A DNA stretch of 55,346 nt from NCBI GenBank assembly GCA_011109175.1, contig RDEW01000028.1, positions 214,450 to 269,795 on the forward strand, given 5' to 3'. Under the pieces are notes generated by a model. The model was not told where the DNA came from. It made no database searches and saw only the letters and a program-made list of their open reading frames with translations. Below are positions 1-11,105 of this stretch, piece by piece. The stretch comes from Dicyema japonicum (Eukaryota; Animalia; Dicyemida). The position numbers and the translations under genes were made by a program. Positions within the stretch are counted from its first letter, which is position 1. The number at the start of each line of letters is the position of its first letter.

Positions 1-119
1 GTTAGAATAGGTTAATGGTTTTCAATGCATATCTCACGTCGTTTCCAGCATAGTGAATCGTATCCTGTTCCTTTTTTCGGTTTACTGAGATGTTTCGGGG
101 ATACATCCGACTTCTTATG
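1..119 (-). mobile_element. LINE-A (Ingi/Vingi-like) internal fragment
   Basis: 119 nt identical to 20839-20957, which lies inside the APE-RT LINE at 20080-21745. Confidence 0.85.
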
Positions 120-437
120 TGACTTTGCTAAAAGAAGAAATAAGTGACTTTGCCTAAATTAATTTAAAAAAATAATACCTTGACTAAATTAATATCAGCA
201 AATTTCAATTTCACATAAGTTCATTAAATTTAGCAAAAATATCCGCTAAGTAAGCCACATCATGTTTAACGGATTCTAGTTCCTGGGCAATTTGAGAAAT
301 TCTACAACAGTGCTGAAAAAAGAGATAATTTGCGCCAAACAGTCGCCGTTGTTTTAAGTATGCCATAAAACCGCGATAGCAACCAATCATTGATGGTGCC
401 CCATCAGTTGCACATCCAACTATATTTGTTAATTTTA
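120..437 (-). mobile_element. hAT (Charlie/Buster, ZBED5/ZBED8-like) transposase remnant
   Basis: Translation IVGCATDGAPSMIGCYRGFMAYLK and VAYLADIFAKFNEL, typical of Buster/Charlie transposases; cut at a TA by the Tigger end. Confidence 0.8.
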
Positions 438-1400
438 CAGTCATACCCCTTTAAACCAATTCCTCTCGGGACCGACAGAAGTGTTCGGTATAGAGGGGAG
501 GCCGGTATATTGAACAAGTCATTAAATTTACTTATAACGAAAAAGTGAAACAATAAAATTAATAGAAATCTGTCAATAAGGATTGCCTCGTATTTAGCTT
601 CGATTCAGCAATCGCTTTATTGTTCAGATAGTCTGTTGACGGGATCGAGTAATGCAGGGTCATGAGTGCAAGCAAAATGGCAGATTTTTTCTAGCAGTTG
701 TTGAGCATTTGTGTGTGTTATTTTCTCTATATGTTTTGGCTCTGTTTGCTTATCTGAGTCACTGTCATTATCTTCAGAAGCTGAGACTTTGGTATTGCTC
801 AACTAGAGATGATCTTTGGGATTTTCAGTGGGTAGTTCCAAGTCTAAGTTGAAAATTATTTTTCTGTCATTGGATTATCGACTAGTCTATTCATGAGGGG
901 AATGAACAGTAAATTGTTTTCAGGATTGTCCTTTATATCATATATTTTGACAGGAATGCCACACTTATTAAAGCAGAGAGAGATTGTGTTTGACTTCACG
1001 TCCATCCAAGCTGTGCTAAATCACCAGATAGCATCCAACAGAGAAAGTCGCATTGGTTTCTGTGTCCATTTTGGCAAGAAGTTAAGTCATTAGTAGTCTT
1101 CTCTATCTTTCTTTAAATGACATAATAATTCCTTAATCCAGAGGCTTTACGACACTCGTTGTGTTAGCTGGAACAAATATTTTACGTTTGGTGAATGTGT
1201 ATTATCCAAAAACATAATAATTTTTTGTTTCTGGCGCATCATCTGCATGTTAACATCTTGCAAATATTTTGAAAACAATTTCGATCTCATCCAGGCTGTA
1301 ACGTTGGAGCAGTAAATAACAGGTAACTCATTCAGATTAATATTCTTAAAACATCGGGGTTTTCGAGACTTGACAATTAAACTAGGGTCCGCTTTAACAC
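438..1400 (-). mobile_element. Tigger/pogo DNA transposon remnant (DDE_1 transposase pseudogene plus one terminus)
   Basis: TA|CAGTCATACCCC terminus at 438; minus-strand KSRKPRCFKNINLNELPVIYCSNVTAWM, KIIMFLDN and KPLD*GIIMSFK with stops and frameshifts. Confidence 0.8.
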
Positions 1401-1418
1401 AGTGGATTGTAGATAGGC

Positions 1419-4400
1419 CTAGAGCTTCCTATCTACCCCCAACTGCTTCAGATGACCCTTGTGGTACTTTGTTGCAATTCCTTCCCACGTCATTACTATA
1501 GGAATAACGAGGACCTTGCAACCAAGCATCTGCCCCATCTTGTTTGCAAGAATGTCATACTTCCTATTTTTCTCCACCTTCACAGTCTGCAAACGGTCTT
1601 GAGACGTGATGCCAACCTCTATGATAAGGACTTGGCAAGACTCCTTATCGTGTACCACAATGTCCGGTTTATTGTGCTTGACTACCACCGAGGTACGGAT
1701 AACACTGTCTACCTTAATTTGGACCCTGGTGTCTCTACTACAGATTGCACCTTATGAGTCCGCAACTTTCTGGTGTGGTGAATACCATACTTATTGCATA
1801 GTAGAAGATGAAGACTCCTTACTACCTCGTTATGCCTCCACACATAGTCGTGGCAGAGCATGGATCCACATCGAGTGGCTAAATGATCAACCGACATGCT
1901 CCTTGACTTACAGTGGGGACATGTATTTGTTGATCGACCTCAAAAAATATTGCGGTCTTGCATATACGTGTACAGCGCCTCCGATCGAGGTGAGTTGTCA
2001 CCGTATTTTAGCCATATTGTCGACGACTTAAGGTCGACATGTGGGTTTTCCAATGCTCTGAAGAGGACCTTATGAAAGCTTTTTAAGTTGATCTTTTCCA
2101 TCAAATTATTATATTGTAATTCGATCAACGCCTTCACATTTACTAGCCCACCATCATCAACACCATACTTAGCAGACAAAAAAGGTCTGATAGTGCCTAG
2201 GTGGGTTGCCCGTGTTTTCTCGGTCGTTATTATGGCGTGCTTCCTAGCAGACACACTTGACCCAGCTATCAGGGTGTCGTGCATTCGCATTAGGATGCGC
2301 TCACTTAGTTGGACTACTCCACACAGTCCACGGCCGAATTTATCACGGGGTAAATATAGTCTCTCCTTATTGGCTGCCAACACATGGACATGGTTCTCTC
2401 TGAGTACTCCACGGATCATAACATCCATCTCATCATACTCTTTGGGCTCAAACTCCACAACACCTATGTAGTAGTTTAGCAGCGAGACAGCATACTCATT
2501 TAATGCTAGGAACAAATTCCTTGCATTTAGAGACGTCTTACACAATAACGCTGCTCTTTTACGGATGCCTTCAGTAATTTGTCGCTTTGTCTCAGGCATT
2601 ATAAGGGACTTTGGAGATTCGGTAACACCCAGATACTTATATCCTTCGTGTTCCTCTAGGACTCTTACTAACTCGCTACATACTTGCGTGTTAGTCGCAG
2701 ACTTTGAATAATTCAAATCTAGCCCTATACTCTCAAAGAATTCCCTGGCACAGACCCCCATGGAGTAGAGCTCCTCGGCTGTTCGAGCATACATCTTCAA
2801 GTCATCGATAAAAAGAAGGTGATTTGTACTGAAACAGACCCCTTCACAATGAACTGGTATTTGCTCAAACCGGTCATTGAGGCGGCGACTCAATGGCTCC
2901 AAACAGAGAACAAAGAGTAGCGGAGACATGCTATCCCCCTGAAGGATCCCCCTCTTGAGTTTTACCTCGCCTATCCGGTGCCTATTATAGTTCAGATGAA
3001 TACTCCACCTATTCATCACAGCCACTACAAAGCTGATGAACCACACAGGCATACACAGACTGTGTAGGCACTCGACAAGGTAAGAATGATCAACTGAATC
3101 GTAAGCCTTCTTCACATCCACCCACATAGACAAAAGTGAGTTTCCGTGAGACACAGAAAGGCATTTGTTGATCAAAGCCTGCTCTTTTGCCCCCTGACAA
3201 TTTCGAACAGTTCCCAACTGATTCTCGGAGAGAATCCCATTTGCGTCTACAAAGCTCCTGACCTCATTAGCCACCAATTTGGTCATCAGTTTATACAGGG
3301 TTGGCATGCAGGTTATCGGTCGATAATCTGCAGCAGACTGGGGGTTGTCCAGCTTTGGGATCAAATAAGTTGTCCCTGTGGATGCCCAATTAGGAATCGT
3401 TTCCGGGTTAGTGATGCTTTTCTGTAATACACGACACATAGACTCGTGCAATGAAGTGCATCTTTTGATAAAGAAATTATAAACTTTATCGACCCCGGTC
3501 GTTTTCCAATCAGGGAGATGTCTCACTACCGCCTCAAATTTCTTGCGAAAATCAAAAATTCCGCAAGATTCCGCCAAGAAAGGAGCGGCGCTGTACGGGA
3601 TATTCGACGCATTTCCTCTGCGTGGTTTAGCCTCCCACATACTACCCCATGTGGAAAGCATTTTCGCGTCCTGTTGGGAACATACACTATGGCCATTTTC
3701 GTGTAGGCGACGGTAAAACAATCTGCGATTAAACTCAAACAGATTATTTTCTCTCCTTCTCTTACACCGACTTTCATGTGTATAGAGTTTCCTCTTATAC
3801 ACCATTATTGCCCCTCTAACTCCACCTTTGCCCTCCTCAACTCTTTGAGGTCCCATTTGGGAACACGGAGTTTATTAATTAGCCCCTTTACTATAGGCGG
3901 TGCTTTTCCTCTTACCCCTCTCGCCACACTACTTATGTGCCCCTCCAGTGCTTCCATCTCAGTCTGTCTTCAAGCAATCTTGGCACAGATCTGCTCCCTC
4001 CATTTACTGGGTGGTCTGAGCTTGTCCGTCAATTCCTCATAGGTGATCTGTGCTGCATACAGCACTAGGGAGATGTTACCCAGTGACCCTACTGGCTTAG
4101 CCTCCACCGCATAAGCCACAGCCTCATTGTAAGGTTAACGGTGTAGTGTTAACCTTACATTGAGGAATCTTTCAGGTAAATCTACGGTCCTCAAATGGGA
4201 CATCTGCCGCTGCAGCGGAGATTCCGCGCGAAGAACTCATAAACATGTTTGAGCTGCAACGTATCACAGCTCTGGTGCTCTCTTTGACAGTTGTGGTCAC
4301 CTGGTCCCCCCCTTTAGACCAGTACCCTCTTTTCCTACAGCCATTTTCTTGAGTTCATTCACAGATATAGCAGTACTGAATCTGCCACTGCAGAGCTCCG

Positions 4401-4850
4401 CCAAGTATGGCCAACCATTCCAGGGCATTCGAGACAGCCTGCTACGTACCTGCAGGACTACCTTGTTGACTCTCCCTCTATCAAAAAGCATCGGATAAGG
4501 TACTACAAGGAGAAGGCCTGCGTATTCCTCTGGAATAGTTAGTGATGTAAGCACTATCGCATGGTAAAAAATTATTGCAACACTTCCGGCTCTTCTTTCC
4601 ATAATTCTCTTAGGGATATCGTCTTGTGCTACAAGAAGGTGCCGAAATAATGCTCAACGTCGTTTTGGTGAACGTCTTGTCCCTCCAGAGAAGAAAGAAG
4701 ACTTTTGAGATCTTCTTGATTCCCTGGAGGCCGACATCTGGTCATCAACGAGACCAGTGTAAGGATACGGTTATTGCAGACTTTAAAGGCTACACTAGTT
4801 GTCATATCTTATGGAATTATACACATCGAGGTTCGGAGACTAGTATCTAG
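1419..4850 (-). mobile_element. R4/Dong-like RLE non-LTR retrotransposon (RT, CCHC knuckle, restriction-like endonuclease)
   Basis: Intact 638-aa RT ORF; DHLATRC..YVWRHNEV knuckle (1709-1897); KPDIVVHDK..IEVGIT..EKNRKY RLE (1419-1688); frameshifted N-terminal part with PPSKWREQICAKI. 5' boundary approximate. Confidence 0.9.
1940..3856 (-). CDS. Reverse transcriptase ORF of the R4-like element
   Basis: YRPITCMPTLYK, WVDVKKAYDSV, RGILQGDSMSPLLF and LLFIDDLK motifs. Confidence 0.93.
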   Translation of the reverse strand: MGPQRVEEGKGGVRGAIMVYKRKLYTHESRCKRRRENNLFEFNRRLFYRRLHENGHSVCSQQDAKMLSTWGSMWEAKPRRGNASNIPYSAAPFLAESCGIFDFRKKFEAVVRHLPDWKTTGVDKVYNFFIKRCTSLHESMCRVLQKSITNPETIPNWASTGTTYLIPKLDNPQSAADYRPITCMPTLYKLMTKLVANEVRSFVDANGILSENQLGTVRNCQGAKEQALINKCLSVSHGNSLLSMWVDVKKAYDSVDHSYLVECLHSLCMPVWFISFVVAVMNRWSIHLNYNRHRIGEVKLKRGILQGDSMSPLLFVLCLEPLSRRLNDRFEQIPVHCEGVCFSTNHLLFIDDLKMYARTAEELYSMGVCAREFFESIGLDLNYSKSATNTQVCSELVRVLEEHEGYKYLGVTESPKSLIMPETKRQITEGIRKRAALLCKTSLNARNLFLALNEYAVSLLNYYIGVVEFEPKEYDEMDVMIRGVLRENHVHVLAANKERLYLPRDKFGRGLCGVVQLSERILMRMHDTLIAGSSVSARKHAIITTEKTRATHLGTIRPFLSAKYGVDDGGLVNVKALIELQYNNLMEKINLKSFHKVLFRALENPHVDLKSSTIWLKYGDNSPRSEALYTYMQDRNIF

Positions 4851-6435
4851 TGGAGAACGAGTCTCGCAACAGTGGTCCAAGTTACCTCACCTTGTCCTCA
4901 TTGGGAACGTATTTTAATACGCGTTAGGATTCCCTGTTTTTTCTGTTATCGTTGGGGTAATGTATGCAGTTGTGTAAGGATCACATTAAGGCTGTTTTTG
5001 ACATGCACACCCATTGTGTTACATTCGATGGTCTTAATTCTAAGCATGGTGATTTTGGATGCGTTGCTAACAATAGGGGATCGGGTCTACCAGGTCCCAA
5101 TTGGCTATGATTTGGGCTCTGGCAACTGGGACAACCTGAGGGCGTTCATGAATAGAAACCTTCTCTTAAAGGGAAATTTTGTAGTACCTGGAGGAGATGG
5201 ATGCTTCCCTCAGAGAAATCATTGAGTAATAAATGTGGATAAACTTTCGATTGCGTGTTTGTTGCGCGCGCATTCCAGGCTTGATTTTGAGTAAAATATT
5301 ACTTAGAAAAAGGTTTACTTGTTTCAGAGCATAGTGTAGGTACGAGGCAATTGAACAATCATTGCTCTCTAGTGGGAAATTAACAAGTTCCTTGTGGAAA
5401 TGAAGATTGAAAGGTGGAGGAGGGCCTACGAGAGGGTGAACCCCTCATGGTTGGACTTTTGGAAGCAGTTGAAGAGCTTGTCGGGTAGCTTTCCAGGCAA
5501 TAGCCATCTAAGAGGCAATTGCTATTCGCAAATCGAAGAAGAAGTAATCTTGCAGGTCTTGAAGGAAAAGAAATCACATAAAAGATTTATTGGGTCCAAG
5601 TACGGGGTGGAAGATTCTTACAACTTAAGCGTTGGTATCATCAAGTCAAAAGAAAAATTACATGAGATTTAAAATATTAAAGTCACTGTTGTATGAGCAA
5701 AAAGAGTGTGGATCTTCTCGATGTAGCAGGATTGTATGTATATGCGGACACATAACGTATACAACTATGTCGTCAATTTGGGATAATAAAACACAGTCCA
5801 TTTAATTGTGCCAAATACTGAAATACAAGTTAATAATATTTCACGATAAATACAATAATGAATATACAAGTTGGAATCACCAAGAATTGTTAAAACATAT
5901 TTTGTGTTTTCAACAGTTCAACATGTTTTCAATAGGAGAAAATCCACAAATACGATTGCAGGAGAACTCGCGCAAATCCACATGTCCAAAGCTACGATAA
6001 TCCCGATTGTCTCAGGAATGGAGTAATACATGTCCTATATGGATAGACTAAACGTGGACATATCGACAAAAAATACATTCACAACGATTAAAAAACTTTG
6101 GAGAGCATTATAGTCGACACAAACATGGCCTGAAAATTTTGAATTATGAAGATCAAGTCTCAAGAATGAATAATCATCTTATTGCAAGAGACTCTGAACT
6201 CTAAGAGGGCTTCAAAGATGAACTAGGAGAAACAATTTTTTTACCAGATGATTCGTCTTCTCCGGTGGTATACGAAGCGAATAATGAGAGGGATACAGAA
6301 GGCCAGTCCCCCAAGATGAAAAAAATTCAATGAGCCCTTAATTCAAAATGGAAAACCAAAATTTAAATTAATAATTAAACTTTCTCTTATTTATTTCAAT
6401 TAAAAAATAAATATTTCCATGGTATTTAAAATTTA

Positions 6436-6999
6436 ATGGATTCCCAATACATCTCAAAGAATTTAATGCCTACATTGACCGACTGTCTCTCAGAAGTCTG
6501 TCTTGTTAGACCGTCAGATCCCATAGAATACATTGGAAATTGGCTACTACAATACGACAAAAACAGGGAATTTCTAAAACAGGCAACATTCGGCTAATTG
6601 TAGGTCGAAAAAGAAGAAGAGGTCATCAAATCGGCACGTGAAAGATTTCTGGAAGAGCAGAGGATTCAACAAGAGAAGGAAAGGGAGAGAAAAGAGCTCC
6701 AAAAATGTCAAAATTTACTGGATCAGGTTAGAGGATCTCACGGATGTTTTAGAAAGAGGAAGAAGACCTCGTGATTGAGGAAAAGATTTCAAGAGCCCCT
6801 GTCATTGTGATTTCACCAACTGAGCCAATTACTGGTGATGGGGTCTATGAGGTAAGGAATACTCCACAATTCTTAGGATACAGTCGAAGACAAAGCTGAA
6901 GAGTCACAAGATCAGTCGAATCCTCAAGAAACTGTAGAGACGGAAACTAATATGGAAGATAAACCTAACGAAAACGTGGAGATTGAACATGAAGACTAA
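6436..6999 (+). CDS. DPY30/Dpy-30 domain-containing protein (DYDC1/2-like); 4 exons
   Basis: MDSQYISKNLMPTLTDCLSEVCLVRPSDPIEYIGNWLLQY Dpy-30 motif followed by a Glu-rich coiled coil. Introns 6583-6603 (21 nt, GC-AG), 6727-6752 (26 nt) and 6852-6876 (25 nt) give an open frame to TAA at 6997-6999. Confidence 0.85.
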
Positions 7000-8116
7000 T
7001 CTTTAATACTCATTAACTTTATAAAAATTATTAATCAGCCCAGTTAGTGCATAGTGACTGGTAACAATCGGATTCTTAAAAATAAATGTCTTTAGCTAAG
7101 TGGTGGTTGACCAACAGGTAGGTCGGAAACAGCAGCTTCTTACAACGGGCTTTGAGTCTTTTCTCATCTCGGATAGTTCTTGATGTATTCCATAATGTTA
7201 TCTTAGAGGAATTCTTCCAGAGTTGCTGCAAAAAGATACAAGTACATCTTTATCCTTGGTGAGGTTCATGGAATATCGATGGTCTACATTTCCGAAACGA
7301 CATTTTCCGCTGTTTCATGTAAATTATAAGAGCGGAGGTGGTACATTTAAGATTCACGTCATGGAATATCGATGGTCTACATTTCCGAAACGACATTTTC
7401 CGCTGTTTCATGTAAATTATAAGAGCGGAGGTGGTACATTTAAGATTCACGTCTTTGATTGACCTTTAACAGTTTACCTTGTAATAATTTTCATAGCCTA
7501 TGACAATTTTGAGTCTCAGGAATATTCTTTTCGTTTTTCCATAAACAATGTAAAACTGTCATTTCAATGATGGGGCGTTATTGAGCGATGTTAACCTTTT
7601 GTTGAAAATTCATTTTGCTGACCTTATACGACTAAATTCAATTGTAGTCTTTCATAAGATATGTCCATCATTTTAGCATAAAATAATAACTAATTTATTC
7701 GCAATGAAATTTTGTTAAAAAGTGGTTGATGGATCTTACAGCAAAAACAATTAAGTGAAGAGGTGCCAACTTGTAGTAAAACCCTCAATCAGTCATCCCT
7801 ATTTTCGTCTGTCCTTTCTTTTTTACTATCGAATAATTATGGCACGTTGGAAAAAACGATTTGGGTCACATGGTCACGAGGTTTCAACTGTTACTGAATT
7901 ATTCTCCTAAGGGTATTTCCTTAAACTATAACCAACTAATAAGGACACACAAAATAATCCTTAATTTTATAGTTTAAATAACTCCTAAGTAAGGTTAACC
8001 ATATTCGTCTACTTAATCAACATTAATAGTACCCAAGAGGTGCTACTATAGAGGGAGTAATATATTTACCAAAAAAGTAAAAGAATATTAAAAGGAATAA
8101 AATAATAACAGAACAA

Positions 8117-8439
8117 TTAGTCAACGTGGAGTTCTCTAAGTCGTCTGATAGTACTCCTAACAGTCACGCCAGAGGCAGTCCTATATTGAATATTATAATA
8201 TACGTTAAACTCCAGGCTCCACCAGCAATCATCCTCTTACACTTTCTGCACTTCCATATTCCGACAGCCTTACGTTTTACTGCTTCTTTGCCGCAGAATG
8301 GGCAGGGATACTTAGCGTGCTGAGAAATCTCGATCTTTTTAATGGATTTTCTTAGAGATGAACCATAACGGACTCCATACTTCCCGCAAATACCAACCTT
8401 CTTTGTTTTACCCTATAAATTAGTGCAACAACAAACCAT
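8117..8439 (-). CDS. RPL37A: 60S ribosomal protein L37a (eL43); 3 exons
   Basis: M|[70 protein letters not shown]|[20 protein letters not shown]; introns 8413-8436 (24 nt) and 8181-8203 (23 nt). Confidence 0.97.
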
Positions 8440-8585
8440 CTAACCACGTTATTTGATTTAAATATTTTAATTTTAAAAATAATTTATAAATAAATTTTAT
8501 ATAAAAAATAAACGAAAATATTTAGAACTACCAAAACTTTTTTTTTATTATAAAATCGTATATATTTTAGTATAATTAAACAAAT

Positions 8586-8630
8586 GTCAGTTGAGGAAGC
8601 CTGCTGCATGGATTGCGAACGAGTTCCCTC
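8586..8630 (-). mobile_element. Tiny fragment of the CRE-like element 3' region
   Basis: gttgaggaagcc..gcatggattgcgaacgagttcc matches about 37165-37202. Confidence 0.55.
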
Positions 8631-8759
8631 GGAGTATGGCTATTCCAAAACTAAAAAAATTATTTTGACACGGAACGATGTACTAGTGGAAAGTTTAGTC
8701 CCAAATGCCTCTGAAATCCTTAATACATAAGAACCGAGGAACCTGCTATACGGCTGATA

Positions 8760-10095
8760 CGTGCTTTAGTGGAGTCACGGGGAGCATCTGGCCAAGTTGA
8801 AGTCTTTGTTGGAGCATACTGGGATTACATGAGGTCACAGAACTTTAGTTGTTCAGCAGATTTGACAAACCAATCATTGGACTCCATCTATGATCAATCA
8901 AACAGAGGCACCTCAGTCCGTTTTAGCTTAGTCTCCACTTTAGACCTATCCTCAGAAAGTTCATTCAAGTCAGGTTCTTTTCGATCTGCTGTGCTTTCAA
9001 GATTGTAGCTGGTACAAGTCATCATTCCATCAATTCCAGTGTCGATGTAATTCCTACGATATTTTGGTGGTGAAATTCTTTGAACTTTTTGTAGAACAAC
9101 TCTGACCAACATGTTACTGATTCCACCAGAGAATATGTCTTCCCCAGACCTACTCCTCAAGGCAACTTCTACTGAAAGCTGTTACCACCACATAGTTATA
9201 TTGGTTTCCACATCAGAATGAATCATCCATATTGAGAATCTGGGTTCATTAGGTCCCAGATATTGATGATATTTTATAGGCACCAGATAAGGTAGTGAAC
9301 TGAGTCCTATGATCAAAGAAACGGTTTTACCTGTAACCAGGTCTCTATCTTACTTCAATAATATCTCCAGACCCAGAATTGATTTTGTTGACCTCTTCGG
9401 CGCTGTGGTCAAGGTCCCAAATCTTAAAAATAAGAGTCTACAAATTGTTACTTTGTCCCTTTCCTGCCTAAACAATCACATTGTGGTCAGGATGGCAATC
9501 TATGCTATTAATTCGGCCAGTGTAAGCATGACACACGTGTCCTTTTAAATTCCTTGAATCCCATATCCGTCAATTAAAGCTGTGTCAAGTATGGATGACC
9601 CTGAATGTTTGGAGAATCTAACATCAAAGATTGATAGCTCCTCTTACGAAAAATCTCTGATATCGATTCACTCATTTGTCCTCTAAGTCACAAAGACTTC
9701 AACCATTATTTTAACCTATCCGTTGTCGTGGGCCAATAGTAAGTTGTATTTGCTGAGCATCTAACGATATGTTCATTACTCTTCCATCCTTATTTGTCCT
9801 CTAGACGAAATAAATCAAGAGAACCTGTACAAGGGAACCGGATTTCTGTCCTGTTAATGTCCCAGTAAAACACGTTTCCTGAATTGTCTAGTGAAGCCAA
9901 TACGTCGACTAAAGTGGTAAACTTGTAACTACCATCCTGTTTGTTCAACTAATGTCAGCGATACTCTCAATGATCCCCCTTCCGTGAAAAGTCGTAACAG
10001 ATTCTGCAGTTGACAGAGACTGCCTGAACAAGAGTCTACCATGTGGACTGAGAGTATGAAATGAATATCTTTAATACCGTTGCGACTTCCAATAC
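8760..10095 (-). pseudogene. WDR24: WDR24 (GATOR2/Sea2)-like WD40 gene, disrupted
   Basis: Collinear motifs LASLDNSGNVFYWD, DVRFS, HAYTGRINSIDCHPD, KIWDLD, VR*RPG, INIWDL and DWFVKSAE; short introns visible; in-frame stops and frameshifts; 5' part cut by LINE-A. Confidence 0.6.
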
Positions 10096-10099
10096 CACA

Positions 10100-10245
10100 A
10101 TAAGTTCCGGTTTTATCAGGTTAGAGTTAGGACCTCAGGCACGGGCCATACAACGACTCTATCAACTACCATATGCTACCTAATATATGGAAAAACTCCC
10201 TGATTACGCCAATTCTAAAGCCTAGAAAACCAAAAGACGTTCCCT
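10100..10245 (+). mobile_element. LINE-A RT fragment
   Basis: LPNIWKNSLITPILKPRKPKD; same sequence as about 10970-11105. Confidence 0.8.
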
Positions 10246-10246
10246 N

Positions 10247-11105
10247 CAGAATTGATTTTGTTGACCTCTTCGGCGCTGTGGTCCCAAATCTTAAAAATAA
10301 GTCTACAAATTGTTACTTTGTCCCTTTCCTGCCTAAACAATCACATTGTGGTCAGGATGGCAATCTATGCTATTAATTCGGCCAGTGTAAGCATGACACA
10401 CGTGTCCTTTTAAATTCCTTGAATCCTATATCCATCAATTAAAGCTGTGCCAAGTATGGATGACCCTGAATGTTTAAAGAATCTAACATCAAAGATTGAT
10501 AGCTCCTCTTAGGAAAAATCTCTGATATCGATTCACTCATTTGTCCTTTAAGTCACAAAGACTTCAACCATTATTTTAACCTATCCGTTGTCGTGGGCCA
10601 ATAGTAAATTGTATTTGCTGAGCATCTAACGATATGTTCATTACTCTTCCATCCTTATTTGTCCTCTAGACGAAATAAATCAAGAGAACCTGTACAAGGG
10701 AACCGGATTTCTGTCCTGTTAATGTCCCAGTAAAACACATTTACTGAATTGTCTAGTGAAGCCAATACGTTGACTAAAGTGGTAAACTTGTAACTACCAT
10801 CCTGTTTGTTCAACTAATGTCAGTGATACTCTCAATGATCCCCCTTCCGTGAAAAGTCGTAACAGATTCTGCAGTTGACAGAGACTGCCTGAACAAGAGT
10901 CTACCATGTGGACTGAGAGTATGAAATGAATATCTTCAATACCGTTGCGACTTCCAATACCACAATAAGTTCCGGTTTTATCAGGTTAGGGTTAGGACCT
11001 CAGGCACGGGCCATACAACGACTCTATCAACTACCATACGCTACCTAATATATGGAAAAACTCCCTGATTACGCCAATTCTAAAGCCTTGAAAACCAAAA
11101 GACGT
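10247..11105. repeat. Tandem near-duplicate of about 9376-10245 (WDR24-like fragment plus LINE junction)
   Basis: About 860 nt, with scattered substitutions and small indels, joined by a single n at 10246. Confidence 0.9.

Noticed and set aside
2088-3777. Plus-strand and alternative-frame ORFs over the RT (and similar antisense ORFs over other TEs and TTI1)
   Set aside because: Shadow ORFs of real coding sequence; ORFs spanning N gaps are also artefacts
4850-6330. ORFs at 4872, 5394 and 5806 and possible hidden gene
   Set aside because: No recognisable domain and no consistent splice model; may be the R4 5' region or a decayed gene
7262-7452. Many exact or near-exact two-copy tandem duplications (7262-7452, 12880-13070, 15660-16345, 17920-18430, 30200-30490, 33945-34140, 34405-34760, 40285-40780, 41070-41250)
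   Set aside because: Several are joined by a single n (10246, 16003, 18177, 34583, 40529) and cut across unrelated features. This is typical of negative-gap scaffolding or uncollapsed haplotypes, so they are not treated as biology
7030-7900. Minus-strand gene between DYDC and RPL37A
   Set aside because: One candidate intron, but stops in all frames and no recognisable product
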